The notes: generated by a model not told the origin, from the sequence alone. A stretch of 56,261 nucleotides of DNA, filler included, from Dirinaria sp. TL-2023a (GCA_051941275.1; 5 parts of 5 records of this genome joined end to end with filler, not necessarily neighbours in it); one strand, 5' to 3'. Shown: positions 1-13,412, counted from the whole stretch's first letter. Program-made: numbers and translations.

Positions 1-795
1 ATATAGGGTGAGCCCTGGGATTTTGGTGGTTCATGGGCTCTTTCATCCAAGCAGGTCGCGAGATGCTTTTTCTTTTCCTCTAAGAAACAAAGTGTAGCTG
101 GTCAGCTTTACTATAAAAAAAAATAATAATAAAAAAAGCAACGACCTTACGCGTGGGTGGACCTTCGTAGCCCCTGAATGAGAGACAGACAGTCCGAGAT
201 ACCGAAGGTAGGTGGGTATACAGCTCCGCGAAAACTAAGTACTTACTTCAGAGAACAAACATGACTTATGTAAGTATGTATGCTAGGTCTCACAAGCAAT
301 CCCATCCCATCCAATCCAGAATAGAGAGACTACTGTATTTGAAAATGGCAAATTCGCATCTATGTATTTGCAACGTGCAACAAGCTAAGCTAAGGTAGGT
401 AACTTCGCCAAATAAAAATACACTTTCAGAAGAAAAAATTTTTTTTTTTTTGTTTTTTAAAAATAGTGGCCAGAACAAGTCACTACTGGTCAAGTAAATA
501 CCACATGAAGTCTCTTCGAAGCCGGGCAGTTTCAAGTGAGATCACCGACGAATATCTCTCACCTGCCCAGCTCTTCTTCTCCATAAGATCTTCCTTTTGT
601 CACTGACTGTCATATGCACCAAATGGATGAGGCCGAAGTTACTTTATCATGACCCAAGCGAACTTGCTTTTTTTTTTTTCCGCGATCGATGCCCTTTTTT
701 GTGCGTAGGTAACCTAACCTTGCGCCTGTAAACTCCCCCCTCTGTCCATGCAAAGGAGATAGCGCAATGCCTTGGGTTGGTCGGTCCGCTCGCTC

Positions 796-3700
796 TTAAA
801 CACCAGTCATAACCTCATCCTGCATATCTCTTTCATCACCCCCCGCACCGTCGTTTTGCGGTAACGCCTTTTCTTCTTGCGCAGCGTCAGTTGTAGTAGA
901 GGTGGTGGTGGGAGGACCCTTGATCCAGCGCTCGGCTTCCTGGATCGTCTTGTCCGCCTCTTCGTTCGATATATCGGCCTTCCATTTGGGGTTCTCGACG
1001 AATTTCGCGAGGAAATTCTTCTTCCGTTGCGCGCTCATATCCTTCATACCCGAAACACCCAGTTTACGCACCGCGTCGTCGTGCACCCACCAGTCCTCCG
1101 TAAACGGCTCGTACTGCAGGTGGTAGTTCTCCTGGTTGATTCTCATCTGAAGGTTTTCTTGAATCGACATCGGCCTACCCCATAGGCGCTCGTATTCTTC
1201 TTCGCTCTCGAGCATGGCTGGGAGGTTACGGCGCATGAAAGGAAACCACATCTTCTCCGGCGGCACGCCTTCGGTTTGGTCGCGCATCGTGTAGGACGAG
1301 ACGTAATATTTCCAGCGATCAATAGCAGCCATCTCGTCGATTTCGAAAGTACGGTCGTCTTTCTTGAAGATCTGGATGGCGGCTTCTCGAGTATTGCGGT
1401 TCTATTGCAAATTTGTCAGCTTGGGAGCGATGATGAAGAAAACTTGGCTTACATATGTGATGCGGTAAATATCGCCATCCTTGGAAAGCTTCTCTACCTG
1501 CTTTCGGTACAATAGCTCCGCGTCATGGGTCGTCTCATCTTCTTTGCGGTCCTTATAAAAAAGGTTGACAATGTCAAGGCTCTTGTCTTTATTATCACTG
1601 ACAAGAATGCTCAAGACGAAGCGAAGCGTAGATGACAGAAGCTTGTCAAAGTTGTACATTTGCCATCCTTTCTGGAGATAGAATCGTCGCAGAGTCTCTT
1701 CTAGGGTAGAGGTTTCAATCTCCTTCCGAACAACGCTCTCGCACATAGCCAGAATTTGTCGGTAATAGTTGGCATTAGGACTAACGTCTGTAAAATACTC
1801 AGTTGGCTTCTTATCTGCTATGCCAAGGTTGTCCGCAGGTTTGGGTAGACTGGAGCGGTACACGTCGTTATGTACTTCGGCTTCAGCGGCTTTAATATTG
1901 GAAAGGCGTTCATAAAGCATCTGAAAGAGCCTGAAGAAGCAGTAGATGTTGGAGCTGGCATAGAAGTTGAAGCTGTCGCGGTGAAAAGGCTCATCGTGAT
2001 TGAGTTCTCCTTGAGGCTGCGAGGCCCAGCGGTCTGCTGCTGGATCGGCTCGTACTGCTTGATCAGACGGCGTTGTAGCCTCTTCATCCATCGAGGGGAC
2101 ATCGGGAGTGGTCTCTTTGCTGTCGCGCATAGCGCTGCCGTCTCGTAACTTGCGATCTAGGACTCCGCGCAAAAGGGTACCCTTCTTCCCATTTGTTGTC
2201 TTTCGTCCTCGGGTGACCGCTGGCTCCTCAACAGGTTCATCTTCGGCTTCTTCGTTAGGCGGCGAATTAGCATAGACATCGCTCATTTTTCGCTGAAATG
2301 TTTCACGATCGAGGTCAAAGAACGTAGGAACGAATGTGTTGAGGAAATTCTCAAGCCTCGAATGGTCGGCAACCGTGCCGGTAACTCCCGCATGGATAGC
2401 TGTCAGTAAGAGGTGGCATGTATCCTCGATAAGGTCGAGATCCTCGAAGCTGTAACACAATTGATACCTCGGCACCACGTTCGACGCGACCGCTCGTTGA
2501 CGTCGCTGTTCTTCGTACTTGATCTGGATCTCGGTCTGGAGAACCTTGGGCTGGAATTGGCGTTTGTCAGTAGTCCTGATGCGGTCGCCTTGATGGTCGA
2601 GGCTCTTATAAAATTGCCTATGTGTCTGCTCTCGCCAGACCTTGTCCCACTCGCGCTGGACATTGGTCAGTCGTGTGCTATCCTCAATGATGATATGGAC
2701 CTACCATGGATGCTTTCCATTCCTCGACTTTCTGGTTGAGCCGCCAAACTAACATAGGCAGGACAGCAGCTGGCAGGGTGAACATGTCCTGGATGACTCG
2801 CGCTCCAGTTTCGCGACCATAGATCTTCTTTATGACACGCTCGTATATGGTCTCGCTCATGCCTCCGATACCTGGAGGGAGCTTATACGCATGCTGGTCG
2901 TCGGGCGACATGGCCTTGATTTGAGCGACGATGGGTTCCATTAATTGTATGGTGCGATTGCATGCTTCGATGTTGATGTCGTAGTCGTGGCGTTCCTCTT
3001 CGCATCGATGCAAAGCGTCTTCGAAGGAGTTCTTGCGATGAGCAATGAAGCCAGAATCCTCGGAAGCCCAAGTAGGGAAGGACGACCAGTCGTCGTTCAG
3101 CACCGAATAGCACATCTCATCTCGTCCGGAACATTTCATTTCAAGCTTCGCTGCTTTGGGCACAAGTCGATAGCTCGGGCCGAGGCCACGACAATTGCTC
3201 AATACAACTTTGGTACTTGCCGTTTTCGGCTTGTTATCAACGATCTCATCACGGCCGTCGTAGGAAATGTATTCCTTAAAGTAGTTCATGAGATCGCTAT
3301 TGCCGTTTAGAAAGCTGAACACTTTATGCACGAGGAGGTTCTTATCGATCATCTCTTGGTTGTAGAGATTGATTACCTTGAGAAATTCATTGTAGGACTG
3401 TTTGTTCGACAGGTGCTTCCTGACTCGATCGAAGAAGGCGAGCTGGTCTGTGCTATTTGTGGATATATCTGTGGGTGGAAGTGGTCGTGGAAGGCTCGGG
3501 ACAAGTGTTGGTGAGACAGGTGGCAGCTCTGGAGCCGACGGTTTAGATTGTTCAATCCTAGCACGCTTTTGAGGACATGAGTCAGCACTCGTTCGTATAG
3601 CTGTAATCCTTATGCGGAGAGGATTTGGCGCCTCGGAGGAATAGCTACGCTTATGGCTAGCCATTTTTGGGGCTTTGGAATGAAAAAGAAATGATTGACT

Positions 3701-6693
3701 TCAGTTGTGTCTGGATATTGGGCGCTGCAGTATCGTGACAGATAAACCAAAGTGAGATGATCTAGAGAACACAACTTGGTACAGGTGTATGGTGTGTAAC
3801 TCTGTGCGGAGGTGCAGTGGAGTCGTGATGGTTGGAATATTTGAGAAATTGGTGTTGGGAGAAAGGGAAGGCGGATAATGTGTTGGAGTGAGGAAAGCCT
3901 TAGGCAAGCAACAGCGCTAGTGTGAATAGCAACAATAGAAATCCCCCCTAGCACAACAATAGCGAAAGGGATCGGTTCTTGCTATTGTTGAATGTTTCAG
4001 ATTCAATATCACTCACCTTATTTGCATTGCTACCTCTCATTCCCACACTCTTGATACTCTGGGCGCCTGAGCCAGGCCCCGCGTCGGGAGCTGCTCCCCC
4101 GCCAGTCAACTGAGAGCCAGCTCCTCCTCGCCGCTTCTTGTTTTCTTTGCCAATACTTGGAGGAGGTGCAAAGTTGCCCACAGGAGGCATTCTCATCTCT
4201 GGCCTAGGAGTTTGCACTTGGGTTGGCGTGGCCCCATTCAGGTAGGGTGCATCACCGCGGACGTTGCTGAGCATCGCAGCATCTTCTGTAGCCTGACGAG
4301 CTGCCGCCTGGGCTTTTGCCTGAGCTGCTGATTCCGGTAAAAATTGCTTGAAGTCTTCCAGAAGATCCGGCGCAGTACTAAAAAGCTGGGTTACTTGAGC
4401 ATAGACATCCTGAATTGGCTTCGATTCTCGCTGATATGTCTGCAAAATCTCAAGAAAAGATTTATAGATGTCCGGTTGGGACGCGTATCGAGTCTGGCCG
4501 CGACGTCAGTGTCAACAGATGCATCTTGCACCACCCCGTGTCACCTACCTTGATCTTGTTCACATAGCCGATGGCATGATTGAATTCTACGGGGCCTCGC
4601 TTCTCTATCCCAAGTTGGTTTCCAGAAGCCAGAACAGCCCCCGGATTGCTGATACCCAGACCATTCTGAGGAACTGAAGCCGCTTGACCTCCGCTTGGAG
4701 AAACCTGTGCTAAAGGTACTTGATTTGTACCGCTATTCGTAGCCATCGCAGAAGCGACGTGTGAGAGGTTGGAAACACCACGCTGTTCCTGTCGGTGCGC
4801 TGCTTCGGCAGCTGCAATCTGTTCATCCATGTCATATATCATACTAGCGTCTTGAGCAGTGCTTCCTTGTGCACCGTACTGCTGGACCGTGCCTACTCGA
4901 CCACTCGCATTGAAATGATTCTCACTGTTGCCTTCTGCAGGTTCTTCTGGCTGCGCCACCCACTCACCATTAGCACGGACTTCGGAATAGCGTCCATGGC
5001 GGATACTGTTCTCAGGAGCTGGAACGGCTCCAGGTTCTGTCAAGTATTGACTTGGCGCAGACGGCAGTTGAGATACTGTGGTGCCCATGGGTGTGGTAAC
5101 ACGGATGGTATTCGGGTCATCCTGTGTACCACATTCAATTCTATACCCCGGGGGGAGGAAAGTATTGAAGCCTTGAATGAGCTCAGGGTGGCCTGCGAAA
5201 AGATCCGAAACTCGATCAATTACACCCGGAGTGTCGATCCTGGAATATGTTAGCCAAAGAGGAAATGGATTTGTGGGAGCTCTCATACGCCTGGCTTTTG
5301 AAATCTTTCATGATATCCAAAAATCGATTGTACACATCCGGACGATCGACGAAGCGAACCTTCACTTGGTCCAGATAGCTCAGAGCATCCTGCTTACGGG
5401 TCAGCCTCATCGCACGTTACAGCACCAAGGAGTTAGTTATGTGCATGTCTACCATCGCCATTGCTTATAGTATCAGAATTTTCGATGGAGATATGGACAG
5501 AGTGCTGGGTGGGGCTGGTGGGTGAAGGGAGAAGCGTGGTACTCAATGAGTCAGAAAGACAAGGAAGCACGTATGACATACATTAAGGATGGGCTGTTGC
5601 GCTCCTTGAGCAATACCTGCTGGCAGCTGCTGGGCAGGCGCGACCGCTCCCGGATTCAACAGCTGCTGTGCTGGGATCATTTGTGGTGCTTGCTGTACAA
5701 AAGGACGTGGCGATCCATCTCTAGCCGCCGGCAACCCGTTCGCAAAGACATTGCCTGGTCCACTAGGAGCACCCAAGGGAGCCGACGGAGCAGCTTGTCC
5801 GCTAGCAGCTCCAATATGTTGATGGTTCAAGATGCCGTTAGGGCCGTGGAGCGTTGCAGGGATTCTCGACGCCACGGGTTGCTGTATGGGTATAGACACG
5901 GTATGGTTCTCTAGGGGCGATTGGTGCAGCTCTCGTTGCTCTCGCTGCTCTCGCTGCTCTCGTTGTTCTCGTTCTCGCAGTCCAATTTCGCGCTCATACT
6001 CTCTTTGTGCTAGCTCTTGCTTTCTGCGTCTCTCCACTTCCGCCTCCAGCTCTTTCGCCTGGTCTCGGTCTATAGCGTGAGCAGCTTGGGGCGCTTGCTG
6101 CTGCTGCTGCATCGCTGTGCTCAAAGCTGGCAGGGGATATCCCGGGCCAGCAATTTGATGCTGGCCACTGGGAGGCGAGTGCTGTTGTTGAAAGGAAGGT
6201 GGCCCTCTGTTCGGTTGGAGGGGAGAGCCTTGTACTAACGACTGAGGGGGGCCATTCGCTTGACCGGAGTAGAATGGTCCTGTACACGAAGACAAGTCAG
6301 CTTCAACTATTGCGAAGGAACTGGTCGGAAGCCCTATGCTGGCCGATATCTGAATTATGGGGACGACAAACCAGGCTGAGAGACAAGGGACGGGCCATTC
6401 ATCTGTTGCGATCCTTGCTGCATAGGTAGCGACGATCTGTTAGATTAAAGAATGTCAGCAAAATCGTTCAAGAAAGAGTCGTCCAAGCCACGGGCCGCAA
6501 GTGGACACTATAATGAGGCTCGAGAGCAAGACTAAATGTCGACAAGCGATAGTCTTTGTATATGCCAGGAAACTCACCCAAAGCTTCCTAGCGGCCGCTG
6601 TTGGCCATGTAAGTGATGCTCATTAGTCGCAGACCCTGCAACAGATCCTGATGGAGGCGGCCAGTGATTCGAATTTCCCGGTTGGGGATTCAT
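796..6693 (-). CDS. SIN3: Sin3 transcriptional corepressor / Rpd3 HDAC scaffold (multi-exon; PAH1-3, HDAC-interaction domain, C-terminal domain)
   Basis: Spliced by hand from ATG 6693 ([14 protein letters not shown]). PAH1 [68 protein letters not shown]2 [17 protein letters not shown]...[24 protein letters not shown]3 [20 protein letters not shown]...[14 protein letters not shown]...[21 protein letters not shown]. Canonical introns include 3566-4016 and 5390-5580. Confidence 0.96.
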
Positions 6694-7543
6694 GACGAAT
6701 CCCCACTACTGTTAGTTATCTACCTCCAGCAACGAGAGCGGCTGTATCTCCTTCCTGATGCAAGATACTATTCGCGGGCTTATTCTCGACTGATTTCCTG
6801 CTGTTGTGGTTCGATCCAGAGCTGTCTGTGTTCACTGATGGCGCCGAGATAACTGAAATGGGTTGGCGCATGCGCGTTGAGACTTAATCAGAGCGTGGAC
6901 TGCAATAAGTGAGAAACGTGGACTAAAGAAAGAAAAGAGTTGGAAATGCTTTGCGGCACGCTAGGCACACAGGTTGTGGGAGCAGTTCCCCGAAATGAAG
7001 ATGTCGTGACAGTGACTCTACGGTTTGAGGAGTTCTAAGCTGCATCGTGCAGCAGCGGAGGCAGGGTCTTAAAGGGATCATCCGTCATCCAGATGTCGCC
7101 AAGCTTTTCCAAACGGGCACTTAACCTCATCAGACCAGTGGCACCAGTGAAAGGCAGGGGGTAGAAAAGGTACCATCGTCTGTTGATGCCATCATGCGTT
7201 GTCAGTGTTCAACAACATACAAAGCAGATGAATCGTCAATGCACCAAGAGCATGAAATACACTAATATATACTGCAGATCTATCATAAAAGAATTCATCC
7301 ATGTCGTTGAAAAGCACAGCTCGTTATCTGCAGGCGAAATCAAGACAATTCACCACTGTTCAATCGGTCTGCTTGCTTTGTGTTGCGTTGTGAAATGGCC
7401 TGTTGTCTGACCCTAAAAAAAAAAAGAGTAAACGGAAATCACAGGATGACGAAAGTATTAATGCGGACATCCTGATGAATATGGATTCGAGAAAAGGGGG
7501 ACGTTCTCCGGTCCTCCATGCTGAAGTGGCGCGAATATTGGCT

Positions 7544-8253
7544 TCAATCTGATCCATAATTTATAACACCCTTGATGAACCATAGCTCTCCATTCTCAAC
7601 CTTGTTGGCAATCCTTGACACCTCAATGTCACCAGGTTGTATCTGCTTCGTCGTCAGCCGAACCCGTGATCATCACCAAAATCACCTACCGTCCTTTGCC
7701 CGCCTTTGGTTTCCCACCATATCTGGCCCCCACCAGCTGAGTTCACCTTTTCGCCCTCGTTCCACGGACTCACAGGCACCACATGTGCCTCAACAAATCT
7801 CCTCAGGTTGCGCTGTGCTCTATCTTCGCCCTCGGAGCCTCCATACGCATTTGCTCCAAAAGCATTGTAGTCCTCTGGATCTTCCCACGGCTTTCGAGGT
7901 AGTTTTGTGATTTCCGAATTCAGGGGAGCGAGCACAGTGGTGTTCTTGCTCTTGTCGTCCAAGCGCTTGGCGATGGTATCAATATCTCGGGTAAAGCCTG
8001 CAAAAATGTTGATGACTCGATCTGATGCGATGACGTCTGAGATGACGACGCCGGCACTGCTTTCTGGAACACTCGATTCATCGGCTGAGGGAGGCATGAC
8101 TAGGTCGGGGAAGTTGGCGATGAGTGCTTGGTGAGGTGAGGGGCTTAATGGCGGAGAAGTTCCGCCGAAGAGATCTGGTCTGAAAAGCCGAGATAAAACA
8201 GTTGGCGCTTGAAGAGCGACTGTGGAAAGTACAAAGAGTTCTAACGACTTCAT
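7544..8253 (-). CDS. Secreted FAS1 (fasciclin)-domain protein, fungal YDR262W-like; 2 exons
   Basis: Signal-like N-terminus; motifs NTTVLAPLNSEI, KLPRKPWEDP and RAQRNLRRFVEAHVVP. After a short intron the last exon reads IQPGDIEVSRIANKVENGELWFIKGVINYGSD*, with the stop at 7544-7546. Confidence 0.85.
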
Positions 8254-8975
8254 AGCGCAATATTGAGTGCAAGTTCTGCAATAGCAGAAAGAATTCAGGA
8301 TATGACGTTGCGGCTACAGCTCGATTCCTGGCTTGTGGGTTAACTACAAATGTCTTGGAATGGCTGTGGGCGAATCGTGATGGGTCGACAGTATGTAGGA
8401 ATACTAATTCTCTTGTGCCCTCAATTTCCATGCCCTGTGGACATTTTATTCGCAATAATGCACAATGCAGAGTCCAGCGAGCACCGGTAGGTGCAGCTGG
8501 CTTTGGGTACATTTTCCTCTTCACATGCCTAGAGCTGGCTTATGCGTCAGATGATATCTATTGTACTCGTATGGATCGAATCTGGAGAGGCCGCGGTATG
8601 CGGAGACTTTCACATGTTTGTCTCAAGTGTGACCAAAACGGCCAGCTGGAGAATCAGGTAATGATGCGATCCGCTGTGTTGGAGTATCCAACAGCAACAG
8701 CAGTGGCAAGTGATGAGGGTTTCAATCACGTATCACTGCTTCATTGACTGCCAGATATCAAATCCCCTCAAACCGACTCCTCACACTTCTCCATCCTGTC
8801 ACCAATTATGATACGGCGCGGCGACATTCCGCGTATCCCATGAACCTCGGCAATCCTGAAAACACCACTCCGCCACTACTAATTATTATCTGGACGGCTG
8901 CTTCAATCGTTCTAATGACTTCTTGGACACAGTTCTGCCGCCTTTCGATTACTTTTCCGGCTTGAACTGCTCACT

Positions 8976-11148
8976 ATGGCTGCTGCATCTGCCCCTAGAA
9001 TCATTGTCGTGGGTGGAGGCTGTGAGATAGACCGTCCCGTATGCACTGCGGACCCCAAGCTGATCTGAGGACAGTGTCTGGACTGAGCGCGGCTCACACC
9101 ATCTACCTTGCCGGAGGCAATGTCTTGCTTCTGGACAAGAACAGTATGCCCTAGCTCGTGTGGGCCTCAGAACGCCGCTAAATTCATTGTACAGACTTCT
9201 TCGGAGGCAACTCAACCAAAGCAACCTCCGGCATCAATGGCGCTTTGACAAGAACACAGGTGGACGAGAAGATTGGTGACAGCGTCAAGCAGTTTTACGA
9301 TGATACGCTCAAATCTGCGCGGGACAAAGCGCGCCCAGACCTGATAAAGGTCCTCACCTACAAGTCCGCCGCAGCTGTGGAATGGTTGCAGGATGTCTTC
9401 AATCTTGACCTGACGCTGGTGTCAAGGTTGGGAGGCCACTCTCAGCCACGGACCCACCGTGGGCACGATGCCAAGTTCCCGGGTATGGCAATTACCTACG
9501 CTCTGATGCAGCGGCTTGAGGAGCTCGTCGAGAGCGATCCTGAACGCGTGCAGATTATTAAGAAAGCTCGAGTGACCTCCATGAACAAGGATGGCAACCG
9601 GATTACTGGCGTCAAATATGAGTTTAATGGCGAGGAGTGCTCCGTGGACGGTGTAGTGGTACTAGCAACAGGCGGCTACGCGGCTGATTTCTCCGAGAAT
9701 GGGCTCCTGAAGCAGCATAGGCCAGATACCTATCACCTTTCGAGCACAAATGGGACGCACACTACTGGAGATGGCCTGAAAATGCTCATGTCTATCGGTG
9801 GGCGAGGAATTGATCTCGACAAAGTACAGGTCCACCCTACAGGCCTTGTGGATCCGAAAGACCCGACCTCGAAATGGAAATTCCTTGCCGCCGAAGCTTT
9901 ACGAGGCGAAGGCGGCCTCCTGCTGAATAGCGCAGGTGAGCGGTTCTCTGATGAACTCGGCCATCGCGACTACGTCTCAGGCGAAATGTGGAAGCAGAAG
10001 GAAGCGAAAAAGTGGCCCATCCGCCTGATCCTCAACTCTAAAGCCTCCAACGTTCTCGACTTCCACAGCCGGCACTACTCCGGCCGGGGCCTCATGAAGA
10101 AGATGTCCGGCAAGGAACTTGCGAAGGATATCGGCTGCTCGGAAGCTGCCCTCCAAAAAACATTCACAGACTACAATGCCATCGCCGAAGGCAAGCAAAA
10201 AGACCCGTTCGGCAAGAAATTCTTCCACAACCTCCCCTTCGACATCAACGACACCTTCCACGTCGCCATCATGGAGCCCGTCCTACATTTCACCATGGGT
10301 GGCATTGAGATCAACGACAAAGCGCAAGTGCTGAACTCGGAAGGCGCGCCTTTCGATGGCCTCTACGCTTGCGGGGAGCTCGCCGGCGGTGTCCACGGTG
10401 CCAACCGGCTGGGCGGTTCCTCGCTGCTCGGATGCGTCGTCTACGGCCGCGTAGCCGGCGAGAGCTCAAGCCAGTATCTCTTCCAGAAAGTACTCACCGG
10501 AGGCATCAGCACCGCTGCGCAACGGCTCGGCCAGATCAGCCTGCACATCGACCCTTCGACGCCCGGCAAGATCTCGGTCGAGTGGGCCAACGGAGGAGCT
10601 CTATCCTCCACCACACCATCGCTCAGCGCCGGCGAACCGACCCAAAAGCAGCAGTCGCAGCAATCCGCGGGCCCAGTCATGAAGGGCGACAAAGCCGACA
10701 GCAAAGACCCAGGACAGGTCAGCAAGCCCACGGACCCGGTGGACTTCAAGGTGCCGGAGAAGGAGTACAGCATGGACGAGGTGAAGAAGCACAACAAGAA
10801 AGACGACCTGTGGATCGTGGTCAAGGGCGTGGTGTTAGATGTTACGCATTGGCTGGACGAGCATCCTGGAGGCCCGCAGGCGCTGTTCAGTCATATGGGT
10901 CGGGACGCTACTGAAGGTAAGCCTTTCCTTTCCCCCCATTTTTCTAATTCCTAATTCCATCCCATGCCTGTATTTCTCTTGAAGAAGAAAGGAAAAAAAA
11001 AAAACAAAAAGAAATAAATCCAGAAAACTGATATCTCGACTTTTAAACAGAATTCGAAATGTTGCACGACGACGAAGTCATCCCGAAATACGCCGCCAGC
11101 ATCGTCATCGGCCGCGTGCAGGGCCAGGAACCGAGTTTGGAGATATGA
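8976..11148 (+). CDS. Soluble FAD-dependent fumarate reductase (Osm1/Frd1-like) with a C-terminal cytochrome b5 domain; multi-exon
   Basis: Spliced N-terminus MAAASAPRIIVVGGGLSGL (FAD binding); GGNSTKATSGING, LGGHSQPRTHRG, VQVHPTG, AEALRGEGG, HFTMGG, GVHGANRLGGSSL. The b5 domain reads EVKKHNKKDDLWIVVKG..EHPGG..GRDATE/EFEMLH. Stop at 11146-11148. Confidence 0.93.
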
Positions 11149-11184
11149 CCTGCGCAGCAGCAGCGCTGTTTGGGATGGGAAGGG

Positions 11185-11284
11185 NNNNNNNNNNNNNNNN
11201 NNNNNNNNNNNNNNNNNNNNNNNNNNNNTTAATTAATTAANNNNNNNNNNNNNNNNNNNNNNNNNNNNNNNNNNNNNNNNNNNN
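11185..11284. other. Artificial contig spacer (N44-TTAATTAATTAA-N44)
   Basis: N runs flank a 12-mer that has stops in all six frames. Confidence 0.99.
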
Positions 11285-13412
11285 GTGGTGGGGGGAAGGG
11301 AAGGGAAGGGAAGGGAACGAACCAGCTATTTCCGACCATGCTCATACCCTTCGCCTCTGCCATCCTGTAATACTTTGCTGCTTTCTTGAGGTCTTTCCTG
11401 CACCCGGTGCCTTGAGCATAGCAAAACCCAGCTTCCGCCAATGCATCCGCGTCACCCCAATTGCCGGCGATCTCAAAACAGCGAAGCGCAAGAGCTTTAT
11501 CTTGTTCAATGCCCCAACCGTTCATGTGGCTGACGCCCAGCTCATATATACTGAGAGCGAACTGAGCTCTCCGAGCTTTCTGCTGCTGTATCTCTTCTGG
11601 CTTCAGCTGTTTCGACTCATCGTCTGCAAGCTCTAAGCTGGCTGAGTCTGCTGCTCTGCGCAGCCATTCCACACCTTCTTGTTGATTTGGACGCATGCCC
11701 CAGCCGTGCCGGCATGCTAAGGCGTAGAGAAGCATGGCTGTTGGTATGTTGTGCTTCGCAGCTATCCGGAGATGATATGTCGATTCTTTGAAGTTGCCAC
11801 GTTCGTGAGACGTAATCCCTTTTGCTAGGTGGTCCTCAGGAGTCAGCTCCCCAGAATCTCTTACGTCGGCTACGGCACGATTGGAGTATGACCGCGCCTT
11901 GATTGTGCTACCGGAGCGCATTGAGGCAGATGACCGAGACTCAGTATCGTCGTTTAGCGGGGTGGGCGGCGGCCGAGGCTTTGACCGAGTATGCTCGTTA
12001 GACGATGTTGGAGATCCCGAAATCTCAATGCTAGGCTTGGGCGATTGTGTATGCGATAAAGCTGGCGAAGTAGACCTATTGTGATCCGAAGTTGGAGGTG
12101 TCATTGGCTGCCCGCTGTTATTGTGCGCAGGCTGCTCCCATTCGAAGTGTGGCATTTGCAGCATATCCAAAGGCTCTGAATCTCTTTGCAACATCCTCCC
12201 CCTAGGCAAAGAAAATTTTGCGTAGATATACGAGGGCGCTGGAGCGTCAGGATGAGCCCTCGCATCGACAAAATGCTCACTGTTCATACTCATAGGGGTC
12301 TGAACAGTGTCGTCAGAAAGAAAGAACCTCTGGCTGTCTGAGGAGGGTTGCCGATGTGTCACATCGAACGAAGGCCGAGTATCAAATGAGGGTTGTCGAG
12401 AGTTCATATCCAGTGATGGCCGGCCCATGCTACCTCTACTTATTGGCCTTGAGAAATTGTATGTAGGTCTAGCAAGCCGGGAGCCTCCGAGCGAATATTC
12501 GGAGTTCAGTGACGGTGATCGAGCATGGGCTTGAGCGAAAGGCGATGCTAATGGTGAGCGAGGAATAGATACGCCACTGCTCGAGGATTGTTTCCGATGT
12601 ATCGAGAATGAAGACCCATGAGTGGAAGCGCTGAGTTCATCGTCCGAGCTGTCGGCAGGTACCGATCGAATGCTACCAGCTTGACGTGCGAGTGGCGATT
12701 GAAGTGGGGCCAGAGGGTTTGCTTTTTGGCTTTTAATCGAGGCTGAGTCGCCTGTCGGTACCCGCTGAGCTTGCATTCCTCGAGTAGATTCAAAGCTCCG
12801 CTGTGAATTATTCCGGAACCGTTGCTCGTTAATGTCTAAAATCCTTCGGGCGGAGCTCATCGGTTCAGGCGAGTCAGTTCGAGCGATCCCGAAGTAATCC
12901 ATTTTGGCAGGCGCGTCCCTTGCTTGCGGGCCAAACTCGGCCGGCGTGGAGAAAATCTCGTCATCCGGATCATCATTCGTATCGTCCTCAACCAGAGGTA
13001 CTCCGCTCATGCGTGGATAGAAGGATTGTGGCCGAAACGCAGGCTCTTCCACTTCTGGCACGTTTCCAGACTCCTCATTCTTTGGACTGAGTTTCGTATC
13101 CCCCAAGTCTCCATCTGCCTCTGCTGACCTTGGTCGGAGGTACCCAGGTCCGGTGACCTTTATCGAGTTGGCAATTGTTAGAGGGGGTAAACGGCTCACG
13201 CGACGCCCGTTCTTTGAGCTGTCATCCAGTTTCTTCGCTAACATCCGGCTCTGAGCGGCGAAAGCGTCCAATGGGGACATAGAAGGTGGTATGTCCCCAT
13301 CCATATGAGTGATCTTTGGCGAGAGAAGATTACGAGGTGAAGTGGGAACGCCAGCGTGCATTGTTTCTGAGGACTTCGCTTTGAAGTCGATAAAGGTAGG
13401 TCGAACAGCCAT
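11285..13412 (-). CDS. Sel1-repeat protein, mitosis inhibitor Nif1/Dsf2-like (3' end cut by the contig edge)
   Basis: Long Ser/Pro-rich N-terminus from the probable ATG at 13412 (MAVRPTFIDFK). C-terminal Sel1 repeats LLYALACRHGWG, ALSIYELGVSHMNGWG and DALAEAGFCYAQGTGCRKDLKKAAKYYRMAEAKG end at GNSW followed by an intron donor near 11322. Confidence 0.85.

Noticed and set aside
5930..5980. 9-nt tandem repeat
   Set aside because: It encodes the REQ low-complexity run in Sin3 and is an ordinary coding repeat.
877..6429. Many plus-strand ORFs over SIN3, and similar shadow ORFs over other genes
   Set aside because: They are antisense or alternate-frame shadows of well-supported genes and show no motifs.
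7442..7495. CAGGATG/CATCCTG hairpin with CTGATGA and GAAA (hammerhead-like words)
   Set aside because: Stems II/III and the UH cleavage site cannot be arranged in hammerhead topology.
11229..11320. ORF-track proteins ending in XXXX-LIN (here and at the other spacers)
   Set aside because: They are translations through intron and N-spacer sequence and are artefacts.
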